Both the position numbers and the translations under genes were made by a program. A stretch of 63,998 nt of DNA, counting the filler, from Lenisia limosa (lineage: Eukaryota; Protista; Breviatea), in assembly GCA_001655205.1 (NCBI GenBank). It is 7 parts of 7 records of this genome, joined end to end, with 100 filler letters (N's around TTAATTAATTAA, not from the genome) between each part and the next. Parts side by side here need not be neighbours in the genome. Positions count along the whole stretch, not along the records: positions 1 to 23,896 come from LPNZ01007120.1; positions 23,997 to 44,870 come from LPNZ01008694.1; 5 more parts are not named here. One strand, 5' to 3'. The notes below the pieces were generated by a model. The model saw only the letters and a program-made list of their open reading frames with translations, was not told the origin of the DNA and did not search any database. Shown piece after piece: positions 13,801 to 24,375 of the stretch (positions are counted from its first letter, which is position 1; every line of letters begins with the position of its first letter).

Positions 13801-16800
13801 ACGGTAATCTACTTATCGTACAAGAATATCACATACCATTCCAAAAACGGCTGATTTTGTCCGCATTACTTTCGCTGAAACGATAAACGAAAGAGCAGAG
13901 TTGACAAAAAGAAGTGCATATTATCAGGTACGCTAATATAGCAACCTTACGATATGGTCAACAAGATCGAAGCCCTCAACCCACTCGCAACCGCCTTAGC
14001 AGCAATGCCCCAAAGAGAGGCCACGAAGCATGCCAACTTCTCACTTCGGTCATCGTAGATTTCAGAGAGAGTTGTCACCATGTCAACAATCTTGGAAATA
14101 AGGAGAAGTCAAAAGAAACAAACCTGGATTGCCTCCCATCCTGACATGGCTTTGGACCAACTTGCCAGAATACTGTCAATGACATGAGCATTGTAGTTTT
14201 GCTGGATGATGACGTGGAGAGAAGCGGATGCGGCAGCGGACGGGACAACTCCTTGTTCACAGAACGACCCAATGAGACTGTGGTGTCACGTTGCAAATGG
14301 TTGGAACAGGAATTATTGTTGAAAAAAGACGGATGCCCACTCTTTCTGGTTAAGTTCACTGAAATCCACCGGGGCACTAGCTGGTTGTCTCATGAGTTTT
14401 GAGGGGATGGAGTTGAGGATGATAGAGAGCATTGCAGCCGGATGTTCTGGCATAGGATGGCGAGTGGACCTGTGTGTCAATCTCATGAGAAATATATCAC
14501 ATAGAGATGAGTAATAAAACAAGGTTGTATCTGGCAACATAAACATATTAGAGGAACAGTGAAATAGTGAAAATTTAGGCTGTCCATTTGCAAAACTGTA
14601 CGATTAAATAAGAAGCTAAGTCTAATGTTGCCGCAAAAGGATACAGCATAGAGTACCGCAAACTTAGAGAACACGACCCAGAGTTTGAGGGATTCGGAGA
14701 ACAGAGTTTTGGAGGCGGAATGTGGTGAAGACTCAGAGGAATAGATAGTCGTCGCCTTAATAAATGAAAAGAGTGATGAAAAGGAGTGCCTTGGTACATT
14801 TCTTGATAAATGTTAAGGAGACTGTTAAGGTCAGGCTCTGGAAGAAGAGACGAATAAAACACACCTTGGCAACCAGACTACTGAGCATTCGGAGGCGGGC
14901 GCTCTGCATGGGTCAAAATCAAGAGCAATTCGTAGAAGTGAAAAAAGGTAATCTGTGTGAGCTCTTAGTATTCCAAAGAAAATGCAACTTTGCAACCCAC
15001 CAAGTGGACCATAATGTTTGTCTCCGGCATTTCTTTGTGCAATGTCGTCAACCACGCCGTGATCTGAAGAATTAACAAAAAAGCGAAACCGAGCGTAACC
15101 TGTGGGATTTGTCTTTAGTGTAAAACTAAAAAAGCAATTATTTTGATGTTAGAGGGCAATGTCGTTAACCGCAGCAAACCTGATGGATTTTGTTTTTCAC
15201 CCAGACAGCTGGGGCCTTGGATGGCGGTGGCACCGCAGGCATTCTCCTTGGTCGTATGGCTTGTCCAGACAGCATCGAACTATTGGTATCAGCATCACCA
15301 AACTAGCAGTGTTTCCATCAGAAGAGTAGCTTACTTTTGAGGATTATCGACAAGTGGGGGTGCAAGGACCCACGCCAACACCTCGGTAATGCATGATCTG
15401 AAAAGTTATCCAAAGGTTACCGCAACAGAAAATAATATAAATAACGTCAGTTCGCACCTGGTGTCGTCATCTAGTCCGGGGCTGGCCATTAAGGACTCAA
15501 GAGCATCAACGATAACGACGTTGAAAACGAAAACCTGCTCATTGTTGGCGTTGAACTGGAGTATTAATCAGAAGACAAATACAGACTATGTAGAGGTGAT
15601 ATGTATTTTGGTTAGGAGAAAGGATCCCTAAAAACAAAGTCTCACCTCAGTTGGCAGAAGATGAAGGGTTTTCTCCACCAAATGTGCCCAACAGATGGCA
15701 GCATTGTGAATAACACTTGGCTCGGTTTCGTTTTGAACTCTGAAAATGTCAACCCTGGACAGCACAGATCTTGTACTACGAGTTGAACCATTCCAACCTG
15801 TTCAGCGGCTTGAGCAATAGTTTCAACCTTCGGTAAGATGTTAATCCTAAGGAGTCATTCATAAGAAAAACTACCTCACTTCGGTTTCCCAAAATGACTG
15901 AATGTCTCAAAAAACAATCCATAGCAAGGATTTTTCGGACTTGAATCGCCTACCATTTGGCTGACAAGAGAAGGCGAAAACCAAAGACTGCCACGCCACC
16001 ATTGCCTCAGCTCTCACGCGAACATCTGGTGAAACGAAAAAAGACTATTGGTAAGAAAAGGTCTCAGTAGCATAGAAGTTCTTTGAATATGGTGATCCCC
16101 ATTCTCAATTAGCACATGTAGCGTTGTATATTTCAAGTCACTTCACCCACTCTTTGAACAGAGAGCATTTGGTTGAGCGTGTTACGGGAGAGATTCTCGT
16201 TGGCTGAAATCAAGATGAGGTAGCCCCACACGCGGGCTGCCACAAAGGCTGAAACATTAGCGTAAATATCACAATCAATCCAATGGATATGAAACGCTGC
16301 AGCGCCAAAACTCCGAATTTTTTGAATAAACCCCGAATTTTTTGTTCCCAACAACACACAAATAGGTTCATACTTCATGAAAACAAAAAAAAACGTTCAT
16401 AAAACATAAAATAGAAGAAGATAGAATACTGTTTTTTTCACCAAAGAGAAAAACTAGATCATTTTTTTTTGCTGATCTTGCCTTGATCTGTCAAAAAAAT
16501 ATTTTTCTTTTCTCTCGTTTCCGCGCATTTTATTTACATTTTTGAAATATATTTTCATTTTCTACTAGAAAGGTACAAGAGGTCGCTTTTAAAGATGACT
16601 TTTTTTTGGAGTTTTTATTACTTTGAGTGTTTATACACCTCCCAAAATGCAATTTGTTTTTGAAATTTTCTTCTTCCTTTCACCAAAAGAAGTGAATGAT
16701 TATGATATGGCAAGAAGAAGGATGGACGAGGTTGTGAAGTGGAGAGGAGAAGAAGAGCTAAGAATAAGGACTAAAGGATGGTTTAAAGATAAGGAGAGAA

Positions 16801-19800
16801 GAAAGGAAGCAAGAAAGATGTATGCAAAGTGGAGGAAGAAAAGACAGAATGAAGAAGTATGGAAAAGAAGGCAGGAGAAGAAGAGAGAGTATAAAGAAGA
16901 AGGAGATTTTTTTCTACTACTGTGGTGATGGAAACGACTATCGGAAGAGGAGGAGGAGGAGGAGGAAAGAAAAAGCAGCAAGCGCAAAGCTCATGAGGCA
17001 ATGAAGCGTCTTGATGTTTTTTTGTATTGTAGTTTTATATAACCCCAAAGAGGGTTTGTGTGTGGTTTCTTTGAGACTCCCCTTACATCCCCTTATGCAA
17101 ATCGGAGACTTCTGTTTCCTGGGTTGTATACACCCCCAGATTATTGATGCATTAAAGTTCAAGTTCAAAGTTCAAAGACGTTTGAAGATATAATATACGA
17201 AATAGTTATAGATATCATATACTATATATAAATCAGGAAAAGTTAAAGAAAAGGTGAAACCGTTGAGTCGTTTGGGAAGCTCAATTTTTCTCACCCTGTA
17301 AGTTGGACTGCAGTTTGTTTTCCACTCCGCTCACTGTCTAATATTGAGCATTGCTATTATAAGAAGCTCTGTATGAGAGGAAAACACCTACTGACGCTCC
17401 CTTATCAGATTCATCTATTAACAGTCAACTTTTTATTTGACCTTGTTCAGTTGCACCATGGGGAGGAATAAAGCAGTTTTGTACTTTGAGGAGAAGCTTC
17501 AAGGAATGGAGGTAAGGGATATTTGGGGAGCAAAGCCAAATATCCTGACAAACATGGAGAAAGATCGTATTCTCAAGGAGATTGCTGAGTTGATTGTTAA
17601 CCTGCCACCTGATTCAATCTATGATCAGGCTTCGTTCTGCTTGTACCCGATGGCAAGTGACACGCAATTAAAGTTCCCAAAAGCCAAATTTATGAACCAT
17701 TTAAGAGTTTGATGAAGAAGCAGGTTGATCCAAGTAACACAGACCATACGAAGTTCCATGGGAAATTAATTGGAAGACCAGACCACCTGTGTCGAAACAC
17801 GCGATCAATGCTGGTAGCAAGGCGATTCGAAGACTCCAGTCTGTATGTTGGGGGAATAGAATACGTATTTATACTCAATATTTGCTCCTAATTTTGCTCA
17901 TTTTGCCTACGCTTACTGTTTAGATGGGAGTAAAAGTTGATTCAAGAAAGGTGGCAAAGAAGATTAAGCAAAAAGATCCCAAAGGAAGAGGTTCTGTAAA
18001 CATTGCAAGGAACTGATGAAAGACCTCGCTCCTCCTTCAGAGCTTGATATCAACCGCCAAAGAGCTACCCAGGTAGAATGAGAATTGTCAAAATAATGCC
18101 TTCAACGATTATACTTGTGACTTGTTCACCTCATTCAGCCTGAAAATGTTCTGATAATGGCGCGGTTATGGAATGCTAGTCAGCGTATTTGGTCACACTG
18201 CAAGAGTGTAGCTGCCTCATCTCAGACCAAAAACCCAGATACCCTCAACAAACCTGGGAGTACAGGCCTACCATGCTGCTTTGACTATTGAACTTCTGGT
18301 TGCCGATGCTTGGAAAAAAGTTCTCCTCTGAAAAAGCATGCGAAACGGTTAGTTTCTTCTTTCACAGTTTTGATTATGTCAATAAATACGATAAAAAGCT
18401 CTCATCCCGGGGGGTGTCATATGCTGTTGAGGTAGACATCACTGAATATTCTAAAAAAGTGGTGTTGCTTTTGTTTGATGCATTTTTACATTTTAAAAAA
18501 TCAGAGCCTCAAGTCGTGACCTATCCCATCATTAAGCACACTGGTTGATATTCTTGATACCGCCACCCCAGATTACCAGTGCCCGAACTCTCATTTGAGT
18601 TTGAGCAAGCAGTTGCACAGCAAGCATCAAGAGCAGTGCGTGATTTCATCAAGGAGGAGGAGTTTGAGGTATCATCAGATTCTGTAGCATATGCCGAAGG
18701 TATTGCCGCAGCTCTTGCAGCGATTGTCCACCTCCACCCTGAAGTCGCCAGCGACATGTCGAAACTTGTCTACACTGTAGCCACTGCAAAAAGCCTTTCT
18801 CTTGCACCCTTTATTTGCAAGGGTGTTAACTTTTCTATTAACATTGGAGCGATTGTTGAGGATGTCAAGAAGCCGCTTTCTTGTGTATCTTTGGCGCCAA
18901 CTGACCGACTGGTGACCCTTGAGCCTGGACAGGTATGATGACCATGCTGGGTTGTATATTCAAATGGTGGTCGAGTTATAATCGTGAGTAGCATATTTAT
19001 ATCACCAGTCCATGAGATTACTGAATTTGTTGTAAAGACGTGTGACTTTATCCTCAATAGATTATTGCCCACCCTGACGATCTCAAGCCGAATATTGTAC
19101 GGCAGATGAAACTGTCCATGTCAAATGGGGATATAATTTGCACTGAGACTTGCTGTCGCGCTGGAGGCTTACCCAAGCTGAAGGATAACAGCCTGCGAAA
19201 GCAGAAGGCTGCTAAGGAGAGAGTTTAGAGTCTGTTTAGAGTAGGTTTGTGAGTTATGTATGAATATAATGGCCATTTTTCTTGGCAACTCTGTTTTTTT
19301 TGGAAATAAAAAAGTCATTATACACTGGGTGTTTGCAATTCGATGATATAATAAAGTTTTCCTTGAGTATTAATTAAAGCAGTTACTTAAGACAAATTTG
19401 TGTAAGAAAATAAAATTCGGAGTTTATTCAAAAAATTCCGAGTTTTGGCGCTGCAGCATATATGATCATAACAAAACTAGCTAGTAGATGCTTGCTGTTT
19501 TTATTTTAACCAAGCTTACGGTTTGAGGCTTTTAGCTCATTGAGCCTTGTGATCCAATCCTTGTCTTGAAGCCCCTCCAGTGTTATCTGTCAGTTGTGAA
19601 AAAGTGAAGCAAACTGCTCTTTAATAATTTGTTGTGATCTTGTTTTGGTATTGCTTTGTACTAGATTGATATCAAACACAAACCTGCGCAGTTTGAGGTG
19701 GCACAATGGACGACATTGACATAACTTTCCGCACAACAGCATCGGCAGTTTCTTGAATCCTAGTGGGTCAAAGGACACGTGTTTATCCATATTTCAAGGT

Positions 19801-20896
19801 TGATCCCCTTACATTTCTTTTTTTGAGAAGAGAAGATCGACAACCGAGGGTAGCCAAACATCGACATTGGCAGTAATGAGTGTTTCGGATTGGTCAAGGA
19901 AACAGGAACAGGCCTGAGCGAGGATTGGGGTGAATATCATAGATGATATATGTACACTGACCGCGATAAGGGAAAACAAAAAAAAAAGCCACAAGAACCA
20001 ATTTTTTAATTTAGCAGACTGATAATCGACCTGCCAACTCTGAGCCCCTCAAGCGTGAGAGCTACGGACATAAACGGGTTATCCAGTGCGGTCTTGAGCG
20101 TCTCAGCCACTTGGCGTGAAGTGGCATCGCTGTTGTCAGCAATCTTCTGGACTGATAGTACCCAGGCGGCGTAGGTGCATACCGACTACGTTGTTAGGGA
20201 ACATGCTATTCCTTTCATCCAATGGTTCGAACTAGGAACATGCAGCAAATGCAGTATTTATTCGTGAAAACTTATTGTGTGTTATAAAACTAGGATCGAA
20301 GAGAGGCTGAATTAGCTATTCAATTGAAAAGTGCGCGCCAAAAACAATTACATAAAAATGGGCTTGTACTGCTTTTCAATACATGGGCTCTATATCTTTG
20401 AGTATTCATTCATTTATCTTAGAACATCACTTTAAAACCGTTATGATANNNNNNNNNNNNNNNNNNNNNNNNNNNNNNNNNNNNNNNNNNNNNNNNNNNN
20501 NNNNNNNNNNNNNNNNNNNNNNNNNNNNNNNNNNNNNNNNNNNNNNNNNNNNNNNNNNNNNNNNNNNNNNNNNACAGTTTTCTTAACCGTCGCGTTAAGA
20601 CTATTCACAATAGGTGTACTGTATAAGGCAATTCCAAGGAGGTTGAGGGCAAAAGAGGCTCTACAAGAGGTAAGAAGATTAAGGCGCCCAAACAGATTCG
20701 CATTTTTCTGACTCGTGACATCTGTGATGAGCAATGTGGACAGCTCTTCTGACTTTTTTACAAAAATGGGATTAAATGAAAGCTCATCCTCCTTTGCATG
20801 AGTGATAAGAGACTCAAACAGCTTTTGCCGTGTAAAGCTATCTGTTTTCTTATCTAACACCAGCTCAATTAGTTCATCGCATGTACGATGAGCCAT
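7846..20896 (-). CDS. RIF1: Telomere-associated / replication-timing protein RIF1
   Basis: N-terminal HEAT region: FALNLLGIALYSTPIVNSL, AAWVLSVQKI, VWGYLILISANENLSRNTLNQML, VRAEAMVAWQSLVFAF. Mid motif: HQLESKEERQALPAMYN (recalled animal HQKEV..IPAMYN). C-terminal region: PCFPELAG..ALSTKSVKTVGQLASLPLNELKALKIP and DAKSLAHLQGQLMKVMSNVNSELASRL*. Confidence 0.88.
9918..10485. mobile_element. Non-autonomous TIR element (hAT-like termini) in a RIF1 intron
   Basis: Left end TAGAGCTCTGGGCAATAAATATTAATATT is the inverted repeat of right end AATATTAATATTACTATTGCCCGGAGCTCTC. The interior is AT-rich with a repeated AATATTAATACATATCAATAAAT unit. No clean TSD was found. Confidence 0.65.
16707..19228 (+). 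pseudogene. Degenerate intron-containing orphan gene inside the TIR element (antisense to RIF1)
   Basis: Coding-like segments include a basic/acidic N-terminus MARRRMDEVVKW..., AVLYFEEKLQGMEVRDIWG..., PELSFEFEQAVAQQASRAVRDFIKEEEF...LVTLEPGQ and IIAHPDDLKPNIVRQMKLSMSNGDIICTETCCRAGG...KERV*. Frameshifts occur near 16920, 17700 and 18550, and there is an in-frame TGA near 18328. Confidence 0.55.
17038..17172 (-). repeat. Dispersed repeat R3, copy 1 (inside the nested element)
   Basis: The reverse complement reads GAACTT..AATGCATCAATAATCTGGGGGT..AAACAGAA..CCGATTTG..TTGGGGTTATA, matching 36569-36700. Confidence 0.75.
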
Positions 20897-21689
20897 TACG
20901 CTACTTATTTTGCTCTTTGCAATGCAAAAAAGCCTGCACAGGATAAATAAAGTAATCAATACTAATCTCTTTTAAACGAGGGTCGGTCCGGAAGAAGATT
21001 GGAAGAAGTGGAGGCAGAGAGAGGTGACGACAGACAGACGACAGAAAGACCAGAAGGCAGAAGAAACACAAGTGGACAGTGGACTTGTTGTGGATCAAGG
21101 AAAAAGATTGGAAAGTGATACATATATCTCCTGACTGATACTGAACTGAAAATGACGATGTCTACACTGCTTGCTCTTCTTGTTATTAGGTATTTTATTG
21201 TTTATTTGGGATTTTATGGAGAACCCCCTCCCCCCCTTACTTTTTTTAGCACAGCGTTGTCGTTTGTTATGCAGAATGATGGAACCCCTTTGTTTAGTTC
21301 TCTGAAGTATGAAGGGTGTTATGTTTATTGAAATTAGTAAACAGCTAACCGTTGAAATTAGTAAGGAGTTAACCGTTCAATTTGTGCTTATATAACATTG
21401 AGGATTGTAAACTGAAGGGCCCTGAACCTGAAAAACAATAGTATTTGAAAAAGCTGCCAAGCTTTTTAGAGTGGATTTAGAAATATACTTACCTTATTTG
21501 TGGTAATTGTTTTCTCTTAACTCCGACTTCACAAAAGTCAAAAAACTAATCTTAGGCTAAAATACACCTAATTAAGTATTTTTTTTATTATTATTTTTCA
21601 ATTATTGAAGCAGCTTAGTGGCTTCCTGTTTAATTTACTGTGTTTCACATCTCGTTTTGTCCTTGTTAAAATATCATATGTCCAACAAA

Positions 21690-23400
21690 ATATATGGTAG
21701 CTCTTGAACCTGAGTGTCTAGGATTGCACAGGCCCCATCAGAACCTGAGGATGCTGTCAACTTGGTATGCAATTTGATTACAATGTATATCATACATACA
21801 TTTGCCAAACACGGAACATCTCTAGGGGCGGTTTCTCCCTTGTTTTTGATTTTCTAGTCTCATTTGGATGACCGACTTGACAACATTCAATTGGTACGCT
21901 GCTTCTTCAACCCCCTTCTGATATTGCTTTAACCTTCTCAGCCGTGTTTACAGCCCCTTTGGCCCACAATGGCTTCGGTCTCATGCCCAGCAGAGTTCTC
22001 TATCACACAAGGTAGGGGTTTAAAACAAAATTTCTCCAAACACACAGAAGCATTTGAGTTCTGACCTTCCCCAAAGGAGGCATCTGTTCAGCAGCCTGCC
22101 TGAGTGACACCAAGCCCTTCCCTTCCGTGGCGACAATTTTCTGTGATGCTTCAGGGTGGAATGGAACTGTCACTTGCCTGGGTTAGCGGATTCTTGCATT
22201 TCCTTTTCATATTGCAGATGAGGCAACAAGCTGTGAAAGTGCTGTCGCGCTTTACGGAGTAGGAGTTTACAACATCAAAAATATTGGAGAAAGTTAGTGT
22301 AGCGATGAGATCATATGATTTCGAACAAGAGAGCTTGAATATGGCGCTCACAATGTAGTTTATTGTGATGGTGACGGTTATGGGCTCTTCTTTAGCACAG
22401 AGGGGAGCTCTTCAAATGCCATTGTAGGAGGCTTCACATCATATCATATACAAACGGAAAGATGATGTCCAGTTCTGACTTTGTAGAGAAGCTACAACCC
22501 GGCTAACAAGGCTGCCTCGGCTTCCTTCACTCTTGCTGTAGGGCATAACTAAAAACGATACCTTCGTTGGATATTGATTGTTATTAACCATGTAGAACAT
22601 GGGGATTCCTACACCCGAAAACCGATCTGGTCAACTTCAATACAGCCACGTTCCGGCAGGTACCCCAGTAAGGGTAGGTGCAGTTGATGTTTGGAATACC
22701 CAGTAACTCCCCCCTCACATTGAGTAAATAATGTTTTAGATGAAGTGCTCTCGTGATAGTGGTTCTTCATGGTACAATTACGACCTTCCATCTGGTTCGA
22801 AGGACCAAAAGGGTTTTTCTTGTCATCTCTTATTATGTCTAATAACACGAATGAATGTTGCTCACATCTTGATAAGCCGCTATTCAGAAAAAAGAGTAAA
22901 ATGTAAAATACGAAATTCTGCTGACAGGATTGTTGCAGGTTTTGCGGATTATTCAGCTGGTGACAAGGACAAGGGTACTGGCATTTGGGGCACAATTGCT
23001 ATCTCCAACGTATGGGGATTGATGGGCGCCTTGTCCACTGTTCGTTGACATATTTAGGTACGCAGTCGCCATGGTAACAGTATCTGCGGACCCGCTGTGA
23101 CTAGTGTTAAGGTCTGCCACACATCCTCTCTTGTTCACTATTTAGACCTATAGTGGCATTGGAATATGCAATGGCAACCCCACAGGATGGGAGTCGGTCA
23201 AGTATGGGGGCGGTACAATTTAACACGATTAACTGTTTTTTCACACTTCCACTAAATCATATCCTAGTGGATACGGTACACCATAAGCCTTCATTGACGG
23301 TCCAGGGCCACGGCATGGTCCACAGACTCGGGTGAGTACATTGGATGCAATGGCGGAACAGCAATGTCCACGTCAGCAGGCCGCTTCATGTTCCTCATGA
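21690..23400 (-). pseudogene. Hypothetical, possibly degraded gene
   Basis: Coding-like segments include GCVADLNTSHSGSADTVTMATAYL, CAKEEPITVTITINYIVSAIFKLSCSKSYDL and KPLWAKGAVNTAEKVKAISEGVEEAAYQL. They are interrupted by in-frame stops, and no family was recognised. Confidence 0.3.
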
Positions 23401-23940
23401 AAGTCTAGCCCAATGGTCTTTTACTATTTGTATTATTCATAATTATCAAATACCAGTCTGTACCCAAAGAATCAAATCAGGAACACAATAATAAAGGATC
23501 CCCCGATTGAAAAAATTGTTCCAATATCTCACCCACATTTGCTGTCTGGTAATTTTTAAAAAAAAGTCAAAAAATATCATATACTATATCCGAAACATCA
23601 TACCATCCATTCAACCATAAACTTATTCGGTCCTTCTCTTTGTTCTTTAGAGCGTGGAAAAGCCATTAGTAGCAATCATTGCATCAGTTCCTCCAAAGAT
23701 TCCTTTAGAATAAGAGCAGCATGAGAGAGAAATGTGACAAAGCTAAGGTCCAACAGGAAAAACTCAAGAATGTTATAGTATGACTTGTTGTGAGCTGATG
23801 TCTGTTTTTAATAGCTTCGGGCAATAATAGTTATAAAATATTTATATTATTATAATGTATCAATAAAATGTCGATATCGATATGCATATCCCCGTCNNNN
23901 NNNNNNNNNNNNNNNNNNNNNNNNNNNNNNNNNNNNNNNN

Positions 23941-23952
23941 TTAATTAATTAA
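23941..23952. other. Artificial contig-join spacer TTAATTAATTAA (also at 44915, 54989, 57705, 59601, 62395)
   Basis: An identical 12-mer with stops in all six frames is embedded in N runs six times. Confidence 0.95.
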
Positions 23953-24375
23953 NNNNNNNNNNNNNNNNNNNNNNNNNNNNNNNNNNNNNNNNNNNNGCGG
24001 TGAGGTTCTTGAGATTATCAACCACACTTGCTTGCTGTGCACTTGCTCACCTGCTCTGTTTGCTTGTTTGCTTGAAAATTCCAGAAGAGAGGACATACAA
24101 CTGTACCAGTGTACTTATGTAACCCAAAAAAATAATCCACAAAACCTTTTGAAACTGCCAATAGCTTGGTGAAAGCGTTATATTATTATTAGATAGAACT
24201 GACTCAAACTTAAAGTTTATTTCTCCCTTTTTTTTTTTCAAAACAGCCAATAACGACAATGTGTAAGTCAAAACTCTTTTTCTAACTATTTCTAACATTA
24301 TTTAGCGGACGAAGATAGAGATATCCCCCAAAAGGTTTGTTTTTGAAACATCCTTATTCACTAAACCATTTTAGA

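Larger units (their letters stand above)
16296..19457. mobile_element. 3.16-kb TIR-bounded element nested in RIF1 intron 16249-19519
   Basis: Left TIR GCTGCAGCGCCAAAACTCCGAATTTTTTGAATAAACCCCGAATTTT (16296-~16342) matches the reverse complement of the right TIR AAAATTCGGAGTTTATTCAAAAAATTCCGAGTTTTGGCGCTGCAGC (~19412-19457) with 2 mismatches. The flanking RIF1 exons join in phase (…KASN-C|CC-FVAARVWGY). Confidence 0.82.

Noticed and set aside
18800-19110. TET/JBP or other 2OG-Fe(II) dioxygenase identity for the nested gene (VTLEPGQIIAHP resembles an L.PGD strand)
   Set aside because: No HxD motif or distal His is present and the spacing is too short, so the resemblance is superficial.
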